A stretch of DNA of 63,364 nt, the filler included, from Octopus bimaculoides (Eukaryota): the NCBI RefSeq assembly GCF_001194135.2. It is 6 parts of 6 records of this genome, joined end to end, with 100 filler letters (N's around TTAATTAATTAA, not from the genome) between each part and the next. Parts side by side here need not be neighbours in the genome. Positions count along the whole stretch, not along the records: positions 11,681 to 31,094 come from NC_068987.1; 5 more parts are not named here. One strand, given 5' to 3'. The first letter of the stretch is position 1, and each line of letters opens with the position of its first letter. Under the pieces are notes generated by a model that did no database searches, had not been told where the DNA came from, and saw only the letters and a list, made by a program, of their open reading frames with translations. The translations under genes were made by a program, and so were the position numbers. This document shows positions 11,717 to 23,408 of this stretch, piece by piece.

Positions 11717-12450
11717 TTGAGTCGTTCCATAAATAATGCGGGTTTTCTTTTTCAGTAGCATGACATAAAAGTCGGAGTTGGACGGGATAAACTACTTATA
11801 TCAACTTGCTATAGAAGTAGGTAGTAATTTTACGTTGTCCTTTTTCGTAGTGCAAGTTTTGAAGAGTGCAGTTCGATTTTTACAGTCATTTTTCCAAAGC
11901 TATATGGGAACTGACAAAGGAACATATTCGGCATATTTTACTTTATGATTTCAATAAAAGCAACAACGCATCGGAAAGTGCGAGGAATAGCAATGTAGTA
12001 TATGGGGATCGGACACTAAGCGTGAGCCAGTGTCAACGGTGGTGGACAGAAATACCGACCCGGACACTACAGACTAAATGAGCCTCGTCCTGAAAGATCT
12101 GTAGAGTTCAGCGAGGTCATCCTGTAAGCTCTAGTTGAACAAAATTCTATAGTTACTGTTGAGGAACTAGCAAAGAAGCTTGTATTTGGCCATTCAACCA
12201 TTCATTGACACATGCATGACATTGGAAACGTCAGCAAATCAGGTCAACGGATCCCTCACAAACTTTCCCAGTCTAATCGCATGCAGGGAGTGAATGTGTG
12301 CTCTTCTTTGCTGTCACGTCTCACGAATGAACCGTTTTTGGACCGAATTTTGACTGGTGATGAGCAATAGGTTCTGTATACAAATGTCAAGCGCCGAAAA
12401 CAATGGGTAGGGAAAGGAGAAACACCAGTAAACCAGGCTGAAGAATGTGT
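11717..12450 (+). mobile_element. mariner transposon, 5' two-thirds, decayed
   Basis: TA followed by TIR-like TTGAGTCGTTCCATAAATAATGCG. HTH region HIRHILLYDFNK..NASESARN..VVYG, a WIPHKL motif and FLDRILTGDEQ (first catalytic Asp). Confidence 0.85.
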
Positions 12451-13294
12451 TGTTATCTCTGTGGTGGCAAGTTATTTAAAAAAAAAAACGTTAATAGAAT
12501 TGATGTCAAATGAAATTTAGAGAAAGAGAACGAGGAGAAAGAAAGAAATTAGCAGAAAAGCATGTGTGGAGAGAGGTAGTGCGATAGATGAATTGGAATA
12601 AAGCTAAAAAGCATGGAAATAGATATATTAAGTGGAATTAAAAGACAGGTAAAAGTTGAATTTTATAGACTGGTAGAAATTACTTATAGGAACTAAAGGT
12701 ATGTTTTGCCAACGCCAGCAACATTAAACGCGTTCTTTAGATGTGTTTAGAAGAGAATTATCTGAGAACAGGTTGAGTATATATGTGTATATATATATAT
12801 ATATATATCATTTTGGCTTTTACTATTTATTAAGTTGAGGTCCTCCTGGAACACTTTCAATGGTTTAATCAAGTATATTGACCACAGTCGTCATACATGA
12901 AACTTGTTCGTCATTTGTACTGAAGAAACCGAACCGGTTGAACAGTCAGACGTTTGGATAACATTGCAGTATTAGTTCCGGTTTCCTACTAATAACTTGC
13001 AACTTTTCTGGGTAGATATATGAGAAAGTGCCATACCTGCACTGTGAGCGACTCTTTTCTGTATTTCTATCTTGCTCTCGCACATTCAAGAAGGCACCGA
13101 CACTGGTCCGAACAGAAGACCAATGGCTCCTCCAAGTTAATAAAATTCCCCACACACTGTATATAACAAGAGTGTCCCTATGAATCGAGAATTCTTTCCT
13201 GTTCCATGTTTCGATATATATATATATCAAACTGAAGAAACTAAATAACTAAATTGTTGAAATTAGTTCATTCTCTCTATCGATTGCATAGTTT

Positions 13295-13450
13295 GCAGGT
13301 CACGAAAATCTCGAGGCTGGACGTGATGCGGGATGATATTCAGAAGCACAACGTCCCTTTGGGAGATGCGGAGGGGCTGACAGGGGACCAGCACTAATGA
13401 AGATTACCATTGGACCTGGTCATCTCTACCCATGATAAGGTCTCTGGAAC
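13295..13450 (+). mobile_element. Possible RTE LINE C-terminal remnant
   Basis: Translates ..RLDVMRDDIQKHNVPLGDAEGLTGDQH, resembling the RTE W.D.V..D...DR..WR tail. Confidence 0.35.
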
Positions 13451-13815
13451 AACTAACCTGTGTTGGTCCTAGCCTCATCCAGCAACAGCATGAAGCAAGC
13501 AACCAAGTTTACAGCTTATAAAATCAGTTTCTGACTTCAGTTCAAACCATGTTAAAATATATTTGTTGTCCTTCCATTATCCATAAAATAAAATTTCAGT
13601 CAATCACTAGTTTCAATATATAACCGCCTCTATGTGTGGCCATGAAATTATAGAGGATAACAATAGTAGTAGTAATAGTGGTGGTGGTGGTGATTTTGGT
13701 GGTGATGGTGGTGGTGATGGTAGTGGTGGTTGTAGTAGTGAAGATAATGTTGGAAGTAGGCCTAGTGGTGGCGCTGGTTTTTGTGGCCTTACCTATATGG
13801 CCTTACCTACAGTGG

Positions 13816-15335
13816 GTAGGTAAGGCCATAAGTGATTACGAAGCGGTGGCAGGAGCAAAAATTAACCGAGATAAGTTGGTCGTCTTGCGACTCGGCACCT
13901 AGAGGGGCATGTCGATGTCGCCCAACAACATCGTGGGATGTTGGATGGACGGACCGGTTAAAATGTCAGGAGACTGGTTTGGGCCGGTCCTCCAGATAGA
14001 GAAGAAATGGAGCGAGGTGGCGAACAGAGTAGCTCTACGAACTCAGAACTGGTCTGAGCAGACGCTATCCCTGAAAGAGAAGGTGGATGTTGCAGGTGTG
14101 ATTATCGCATCTGTAATTACCTACCTTTTGATCGTCGTACCTTGCCCAGATTCGTGCCTGAACAATTTGGAACGCATGCTCTTCCGCTTTTTGTGGAGGA
14201 GCAGGTGACCTCTTGTAAAGCGATCTATTTCCTGCCAACAACTGCTGAAGGGTGGGCTGGGGATGTTATGGCTAAAAATGCGCAGGCATGCGCTGAGGCT
14301 GGGGCATCTTTGGCTCTACCTGGACCGTGCGCATGTGTGGTCTCCGTTCGTCAGAGTGTTGCTTCCGCAGTTCACTCCTTTTAGTGAACTGAACCAATGT
14401 ATTATGCGTAGACCGAAGTTGGGTGCTCGGCAAGCAGAGTGACGTCAGGCACTCTTGCTCCTCTCCCAGGCGGACAACGCCAACGGTGGGAGTTCCACCA
14501 TCTCGTTTTATAGAGGGTTAGTTGCTTTCAAGTGTGACGATGCGCTAGGAGAAACCTTGGGCTTCGATAACGGCCTGTACCGGGGAACATTCGGACCAGG
14601 GTCTATGGAAAATTACCAGAAGTTCCTGGCATAGCAACGTTACCGAGGAGCCTTACCTGTTCGGGATAAACTCTACAGGCATGGTTCTTCATCCATTCCA
14701 ACATGCTCAAGATGCGGGCGGAACAGTGAAACTGTTCTGCATGCAATTGTGCAGTGTACGAAGATTTCGGAGATATTGGTTTATGTCGAGCAACTACCGT
14801 CATGTCTGAGAAGATTACAACTGTCACCCGAGTCTATAATTAAGATTGTTCCGCCGAATTCTCTAAACAGGGAAGAGCAGGCTTATTTCTTCTGTGTAGT
14901 GGCTTTCGCGAAGGAGGTAGTATGGAAGACGTGAGTGAAATGGATTGTGATGGGCATCTTCATCTCCACCCTTGTGTTGGTTAACTTTTTCCTTTGCCAC
15001 CTGAAAACGAAAATAATGCTGGAGAGGAGATGCTTGTCGCAAAAGGCATTCGAGAAAAGACGGAAGATTGTTGCGAGCATGCTGACAGTGAATGAACCTG
15101 CTTGAGTGATAACAAAAAGGAAAAAAAAGCCAAGTTTCAATATTGGTACGTGGTTTGTGGGGTTGACCGCGTCCCTCATTTCATTCTGTTTTAATCCACT
15201 CGATTTTCCTATTTTTCATTTATTTTTTGTTAACTCCATGTATAACATCATGTTGTTAATCATTCGTTCCCCACCACGTTGTCTCTCTCTCTGTAACGTT
15301 CCCTCTTTGTGTAGACTAACTTAGTTAAATAAAAT
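13816..15335 (+). mobile_element. Tx1/L1-group LINE (element C), 5'-truncated 3' half
   Basis: KAISDYEAVAGAKIN and GPVK...IEKKWSEV are clearly homologous to element B. C-terminal zinc motif CSRCGRNSETVLHAIVQC, stop at 15103-15105, 3' UTR ending AATAAAA. Confidence 0.85.
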
Positions 15336-15372
15336 TCGGTTTTGTGATGATGGTGCTGTGTTTTTTGTCGGT

Positions 15373-15386
15373 GGTAGTAGTAGTAA

Positions 15387-15432
<46 letters not shown>

Positions 15433-15897
15433 GGTGGTGGTGGTGATAGTAGTAGAAGTGGTGNNNNNNNNNNNNNNNNNNNNNNNNNNNNNNNNNNNNN
15501 NNNNNNNNNNNNNNNNNNNNNNNNNNNNNNNNNNNNNNNNNNNNNNNNNNNNNNNNNNNNNNNNNNNNNNNNNNNNNNNNNNNNNNNNNNNNNNNNNNNN
15601 NNNNNNNNNNNNNNNNNNNNNNNNNNNNNNNNNNNNNNNNNNNNNNNNNNNNNNNNNNNNNNNNNNNNNNNNNNNNNNNNNNNNNNNNNNNNNNNNNNNN
15701 NNNNNNNNNNNNNNNNNNNNNNNNNNNNNNNNNNNNNNNNNNNNNNNNNNNNNNNNNNNNNNNNNNNNNNNNNNNNNNNNNNGTAGTAGTAGTAGTAGTA
15801 GTAATCGTAGAGTAGTAGTACTGGTGGTGGTGGGGGTGGTAGTAGTAGTAGTAGTAGTAGTTGTAGAGTAGTAGTACTGGTGGTGGTGGTGGGGTTG

Positions 15898-15939
<42 letters not shown>

Positions 15940-16065
15940 ATTGTAGAGTAGTAGTACTGGTGGTGGTGGTGGTGGTGGTGGTGGTGGAAGTGATAGTAAT
16001 AACATTAATAGTGATAGTAGTAGTAGTTGTAGTGTTGGTGGTGTTGGTGGTGGCGGCGGTAGTAT
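15373..16065. repeat. Compound (GTA)n/(GGT)n microsatellite with a higher-order unit, interrupted by a gap
   Basis: GTAGAGTAGTAGTACTGGTGGTGGTGG recurs near 15807, 15863 and 15944. Confidence 0.85.
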
Positions 16066-17401
16066 ATTATTCATGATATCTAAATTTCTCTATAAGTAAT
16101 AGTATGAGTAACAAAAAGAAAAATCATTATTTGTTTTTTACTGGCTTCTATTTCTTCTATCACACAATATCCTTTACAATTAAATTATCTAAACACCATC
16201 TCCAATTATATATATTCGGTTGTTAACTGCGTGCGTATTCAGTATTTCAATATATCAATTTTAAATGAAATTGCTGAGAATTCTCGATATTAATCTCTAA
16301 CTTTTCCCCAACATCGAAAAAAAAATTATTTAAATGTGTAGAAAAGGGGTACAGATGATTGAACACTATTATATCATTGACAATTATATTGATTCTAGAG
16401 GATATATGAAAGGCAAATGATGCTTGGGCGGATTTGAACTCTTATATTAAAGGGTTGTATGTAAATATCACCGACAATTAATTTTATATTTTCCCGTTTT
16501 AGGCGTTCTCCCAAACGAGTACCTTCTATAAATTATTATTCATCAATATCCTCCAGTGTTACATAATGATTTAGTAATGTAATTTCCTTAACAGCACCTT
16601 ATGATGCCTTCTAACATTAATAACATTTCTCACCGAATTTTCAATCATGGAAAGCTATTTTTTTGTCACTGTCTCTCCAGGCGCTTTGCATCGAACCTGT
16701 GACTAGGAAGGAATATGTTTGAAAGGGAAATAATTACCTATTCATCGCAGTGAAATTCTAGTTCTGACAGGTAATAAGAAAGCAGTAGGTACTTGAACAT
16801 TCTATGGCCTGACCAGTTACTTTATTAATACACGTTTTTGTATGTTTCTGCATAAAATATATATGTGCGTATGTATGCATTTCATATATATATATATATA
16901 AATGCGCATGCATGTATTATGCATGTATGTATGTATAAAGGCAGTATCTCGTAGTTCAAGAAAAATGGTTTTTCAATTTATTTCTGAACACTCTGCTCAA
17001 GTGATTTGCTTATAGTGATCAAATATATGTGCTGTACATTAACTCACTCCCTCCATCAAGTCGACGTGGTTTCAATATGTGCACGGTTTACCACAGAAAA
17101 AATGTGAAAATTATCGCAGACCAACGTGAAACGAAGTGTTTTGCTCAAGGGCGTAACGTTTCGAACTGGTCATGTTATACAAACCGCCATCTCGTTTGCA
17201 ACACCTTAAGTTCTGGGCCCTCATATGTGTGTGTGAGTGTATGTTTGTGCGTGCACGCGCATGCATGTAGACAGATAGATAGATTGTATACCTACACATA
17301 CATAGATTCACACACACACACACACACGCACACACTTATATAATAAACGAGTGAAGAACGAATAGATAGTGCGTGTGTTTACTTGGCAAAATAATAATAA
17401 T

Positions 17402-18045
17402 ATATTCACAGACACGACTGAGAAGGGACCTATATGCACTGGAAGCTATGTCAACATTGTGGAATACCAACAGAAAAAAGATGGTATAAGCACACGCCAG
17501 AAAAGGTCACAGAAAACGAGAAAGCAACCATACACTGAGTTATGCCAATGCACACAGATAGATAAATTAAGGGAAATAGGCCAGATATAGTTGCTACGGT
17601 TAATGAAGAAAAAAAATGCTTTCTAATTGATGTATCAATACCAGCAGATAACAAGGTTTCTCTAAAAGAAATGGAGAAACTTCTAAACTACAAAGACCTG
17701 GAAATAGAGGTAATTCGAATGTGGAGTCTAAACACGGAAACAATTGCTATCATAGTGGGCGCATTAGATATGATAAAAAAAAAAAATATTCAGACGAATG
17801 CATAACAAAAACACCAGGACTAACAAATATATATAACATACAGAAAATAACACTACTGGGCACTGCACACATCCTACGTAAAACACTTTCAATGAAGTAA
17901 CTATAAGAGCATCACGGCAAACCACAGCATATATCCAAGGCACACAGAGCTGCGCTCGGTAGTGAAATGAAAGCACGTTATAAAAATAAAACTTCTGAAT
18001 AATAATAATAATAATAATAATNNNNNNNNNNTAAAAATAAAACTT

Positions 18046-18080
<35 letters not shown>
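17402..18080 (+). mobile_element. R4/Dong-like REL LINE 3' end with (AAT)n tail
   Basis: HRHD..GTYMHWKLCQH..PTEKRWYKHTPEKV, NRPDIV...KCFLIDVSIPAD...EK..YKDLE.EV.RMW and LLGTAHILRK (PD-(D/E)XK REL domain); stop at 17898-17900, then a 3' UTR and TAA repeats. Confidence 0.9.
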
Positions 18081-18081
<1 letters not shown>

Positions 18082-18302
18082 TTATTTTTTATTGCCCACT
18101 GGGGGCTAAACATAGAGTGGAAAAAGAAGGACAGACAAAGGGACTAAGTCGATTACATCGACCCAGTGCGTAACTGGTACTTATTTAATCGACCCCGAAA
18201 GGATGAAAAACAAAGTCGACCTAGGCGGAAATTGAACTCAGAACGTAACGGTAGACGAAATACTGCTAAGCATTTCTCCCGGCATCCTAACGATTCTGCC
18301 AA
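18081..18302 (-). mobile_element. SINE family 1 copy with extended tail
   Basis: Reverse complement matches the family 1 head and body; it shares the (AAT)n tract tail-to-tail with the REL LINE. Confidence 0.8.
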
Positions 18303-18414
18303 TAATAATAATAATGATAATAATAATAATAATAATCCCCAAATACAATATCTGTTTCAACACACGGTTTTACATCAGGAACACATACATACATACATAC
18401 ATACATATATAAAC

Positions 18415-18650
18415 GAGTGGAGGCGTGTAGCATAGTGGTTTGGGTGTTAGTCTCATCATCGTAAGATTGTGATTTCGATGCTTGGACCAGGCGACGCGTT
18501 GAGTTCTTGAGCGAAAGAATTCATTTCACGTTACTCCACTTCACTCACCTGCCAAAAATTAGTAATCCTGCGACGGATCGGCGTTCCGTCCAGGTGAGGA
18601 ATATGTACGCTACTGAAACCGGGAAACCGGCCCTAATGTGCCTAGCATGG
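18415..18650 (+). mobile_element. tRNA-derived SINE family 3
   Basis: Head GGAGGCGTGTAGCATAGTGG..., B-box-like region and body TTCACGTT(A/G)CTCCA. Related copies at 32151-32365 (+), 34880-35035 (-), 51940-52090 (-) and about 17130-17200 (-). Confidence 0.75.
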
Positions 18651-19938
18651 CTTGAGAAGAATACATCTATGTATATAAGCGAACATATGGTGTTTACTCT
18701 CATAGCAGTTCTCATACAGCAGACGTATTATCAAAGGTGTAAGAGTATGCAAATTCTCACACAGATGACACTTCGGTCGATATTGTCGGATATTTGGTTC
18801 GCTTTTGTTTATTTTGGGATTATCATTTGACGATGATTTGGGTGATATTTCTAGCAGGTTAAATGAATGCATATACTTTCTTTTACAATCCGAAAATTTT
18901 TACATTTTAGTCATTTCAGGAATGGTATAGTCTAAGTACTCTTCGACAAAAACTATAAAATACACAAGATTTCATTACTAACTTCTGCTTAAAACACGAG
19001 ACACGATTCCCATGTCTATCTGATTCGTTCATTTAAATTTTGTCTTCGCATTATATTCAACTTAATGTCGCGTATATATAGTTTCATTAACATACTACTG
19101 GTGGTTCAGTTTAACACATTTACTCCCATAGAAACCGTGTCCGCGTGCATTATTAAAAAAAAATCAATATATTTTGACATATGGTCATTTACGTTTAAAT
19201 TCGTTTTCAAATATATTTTCCCCAGATTATACATCGATATTGAGATATTTATTTTTACTATTATAGTTGCAGAAACTTTGATTTCGAATTCACTGACATA
19301 CGTTGCAGTATTTCTGCCTCACTTCGATAATGGCAATATCTCGATAAATATAATATAAAAATGGTAACTGCGGAAACTTCTGGAAATAGAAATATCTCCA
19401 GTAAGATTTACAAAGTATATAAAAGACATAACAGGAACATAAAAGATTGCAGTGTATAAAAGGTTACAAATATTTTGGACTGAAATCTTCAGCCAACAAT
19501 ACTTTATTGTTTTATTATTAAAGTTTCACAAAACTGTCAATATTAGATGCAAAGTCTCAACCTACTAGTAGTGGTCGTTGTGCCGATGGCATTAGTAGTT
19601 GTGGTGGTAATGATAGTCGTGGCGGCGGTGGTCGTGTAGGTGGTGGCAATGGCGGTGAGTGAGGTAGTGTTGCTAGTAAAGGATTAAAAACTTAAGATAT
19701 GTGAGGGAGAAAACTAAGACATCTTGTTAGAAATAGCTGAAATGAAAAAAAAGAAGTATATGGCAAGAAAACATAAAAACCCAAAATATTGTAATATTAA
19801 TATCATATATACATCAGAATTTTATTGTTTCTTCTAGACAAGTTATAAAATAAACACAGCAGTACACAAGATTCCAGCACTAAAATGGAAAAAGATAAAC
19901 TACACACACTCTCACATCTACACACAATCATGTAAGCT

Positions 19939-19992
<54 letters not shown>

Positions 19993-20208
19993 TAAACACA
20001 GGCCTCGCGCATACACTCACACACACGTGTATGTAGGTATAGATATAGCTATTGAAGCAACAGTAAGACTGTTAAATATACATGAACTACCTACATAAGT
20101 ATAAATATTTGTACATATTTTCTTATCACATTCTATACTCACGACTACGCAGTAATACACTAACACGCACGTACACAAACTCACACACACACACATATAT
20201 ACACACAC

Positions 20209-20239
<31 letters not shown>

Positions 20240-21615
20240 TACACACACTTATGAACAAACATCAATAGTTGTAGATATAACCAAACTTCCAATATGTTTC
20301 TACGTCCTCCTATATTTTCCTCTGTGTGAATATATTTACAAATATGTGTGTATTTATGTGTGCGTGCGCGCGTATGTATGTGTGCATTTGTGCGTGCTTG
20401 TGTTGTATGTTTGCGTGTGTGTATGTATGTATATATGAATGTACACACACACACATTTATGAATACATCCATACATATGAACGCACACACGCGTACACGT
20501 AAACAGCGATACCTATATTTATTGTTATATGTTTGCATACGTCGCTATGTAGATACATGCAAATATGTTTTTTGTTCTGTATGGGTTATATTTTGTAAGT
20601 ATATGCGCAATGCGAACGTATGTGTATATATATCTACATGAGTGTATTGTGTTTTAAGTTACATATGTTTATATGTGTGTGGAATGTGTGTTATTGAAAA
20701 GAAAAATGACAATAAAATAGAGCTAATGTTTTTAATGCAAAAATATTATGAATTATGTATGAGAAAATTTCGAACGAAGAAATAAAGGGAATTAAACTTG
20801 ATACAAGCTTTGATATTGTTTTGTTATTCTTGTACAAGAAATGAAGACAATCAGTTTGTTGTTAGAGAACATTGCAGCACATTAACCTTGAATACATTAA
20901 ATAAAATAGATTTTAGCTCAGATTAGTCACTGAATTCAAAGCCGTAGTTAAATTACACTTATAGATAGCGTGTTTATCGAAAAACCAGAATGTTCGTGGT
21001 TTGTATCCCTTTCCCACAACTGTGCTTTATTGTTCATTTTATTTTTATTTTAAATTTCGTTTTCATGTTTATAGTATTATTATTTTTATCTTCATCCGCG
21101 AGTTCTGGCCATGAAAATATACTTCATGAATGATTACGACTCAACAATGAACTCTGTGAGAAAATGATACGACTATAATGTATTTTGTTAAGTTGCAGTT
21201 GTCGCTTCACTTTATTGTAGTGAATTTGACGTCACTAGAATCATCTCAGCTTGTCTCAATTAGAATACACTGAATCCTGTACACGTTAATATATACGTGC
21301 ATCTGTTAATGCTCTTGAGATCCACATTTGAACCAATCACCCGATCATGTTTGTATTCTGTCGGTTGAGGAAATAATAACGAGAGCTTCCGGGTGAATAA
21401 TGCAGATAATAATCACTGAGCACATCTACATTCTTTGAAGAGAGTGGATCATTGCATTAGATTTAGAGGGACAAAAAACAGAGAAATTGAGAAGTAGAAG
21501 AGTAGGAGTGAGTTAGAAAAAGAGAATAGACACTGTGTTACCGAATAGATCAACTTCATACGATAATCGCAACATAATTTACAGCAATGTAGTTGGATCT
21601 ACGTGTGTTGAGTCC

Positions 21616-21682
<67 letters not shown>

Positions 21683-21892
21683 CAGACAGAGGGACAGACA
21701 GACAGATGCGTAGACAGACAGACAGACATATAGATAGATAGTTAGATAGATAGATAAAAGCATGCATAGCTGTTAAGTAGCAAACTGTTAAATATACATG
21801 AAATGCATACGCATTTTCTTAACCCCTCTTATAAACACAGGTCCTAGCCACATATAGACAGATGCGCGCGCGCGTATCCACACAGTAGATAA

Positions 21893-21936
<44 letters not shown>

Positions 21937-23116
21937 TTCCCTCTATTTATAAACACTATGAGTGAGTCATCACTGATATTTTGTCGTACATGACCATTCA
22001 GATAAACGTGTTTATATAACGTATAGAAAAAAAACATACCAGAAATAAGTTCGTTACTTAATTAAGTATACAATTTACTAACAGCAAGGCATTAGACACT
22101 TGCATTTCCTTCAGAGATATTTTCAAAAAGTGTACTTCCCGAAGCTCGTTTACGTCCTACTCTTCAGTAAGTTGCCGCAATTCATGTGCCTCTTAGAATA
22201 CTGCCGCATGAATCTTTCCCACTATTAACTTGGGTAGACATCCAATTTCATGTTATGTTTTTGGTAATAACGTTGATCAAAGCTAGTGGATGTCGTCCTT
22301 CCTTATAATATTGGCTGCCCATTATAACATCTGATAAGCCATGTTGTTCCGCATGATAGTTGTGACCAACAAAGACTATACGACGTTTAAAAATTATAGT
22401 AGAATTGGGGAGAGCATGTCCTTAAATGAAATATTCAGGGCTCACATGAAAATATTTGTATAGGTACAATTAAGGCTATTTAACAGTTCTTTTCTCATAG
22501 GTTAGATTTCTCGGTCCTGTGGAAAGAAATGCTCCCTGCACATGTTCTCAAGAACAAAGAGAAGAATGTATTTTTCAACGTTAGTAATCTCTGATATTTG
22601 CCCCTTTCTCAGAAAATAAGCCAAAGTAACGCAAATTGTGGGAGCATGTAGCACTTTCATAAACGCGTGAAAATTGCGGTACTTCTAACACTGGTATATA
22701 ATACTTTATTAACCTCATTTTTTGTTACGTGGTAAAATCTTTGAAATAATCAGGAATTATCATTCTGACATCGACTACCTTCATTAAATATTGCAAACAG
22801 TCACACCTACGTTACGACCAATTCTTCCGTTGTCACAAAGAACTTCGTCAAAAGTGATGTTTTAAAGATATACTACTACAGAAGTTTACTTTGAACGGTA
22901 GTCGTAAGCGGTTGAACCTGAAGGAAGCAAGAAGGTATAAAAGTAATTCTTCTGAATAATATGTCTCTGTGTTCATGCGTGTGTATGTGTGAGCGCGTGC
23001 ACTTGTATGCGTGCATGCTTATGTATATTTATATACTTGTGCATATATGCATACCTCCATCCATGCATGCGTACACACAAACACATACATACATACACAC
23101 AAATGTGGGCGCTCAC

Positions 23117-23160
<44 letters not shown>

Positions 23161-23340
23161 NNNNNNNNNNNNNNNNNNNNNNNNNNNNNNNNNNNNNNNN
23201 NNNNNNNNNNNNNNNNNNNNNNNNNNNNNNNNNNNNNNNNNNNNNNNNNNNNNNNNNNNNNNNNNNNNNNNNNNNNNNNNNNNNNNNNNNNNNNNNNNNN
23301 NNNNNNNNNNNNNNNNNNNNNNNNNNNNNNNNNNNNNNNN

Positions 23341-23408
<68 letters not shown>

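Noticed and set aside
22040-22918. Unique-looking 880-nt segment bounded by good - strand splice signals
   Set aside because: All three frames have stops at roughly random frequency; fragments that looked like ENaC or helical protein were not convincing, and reading TAA/TAG as Gln still leaves several TGA.
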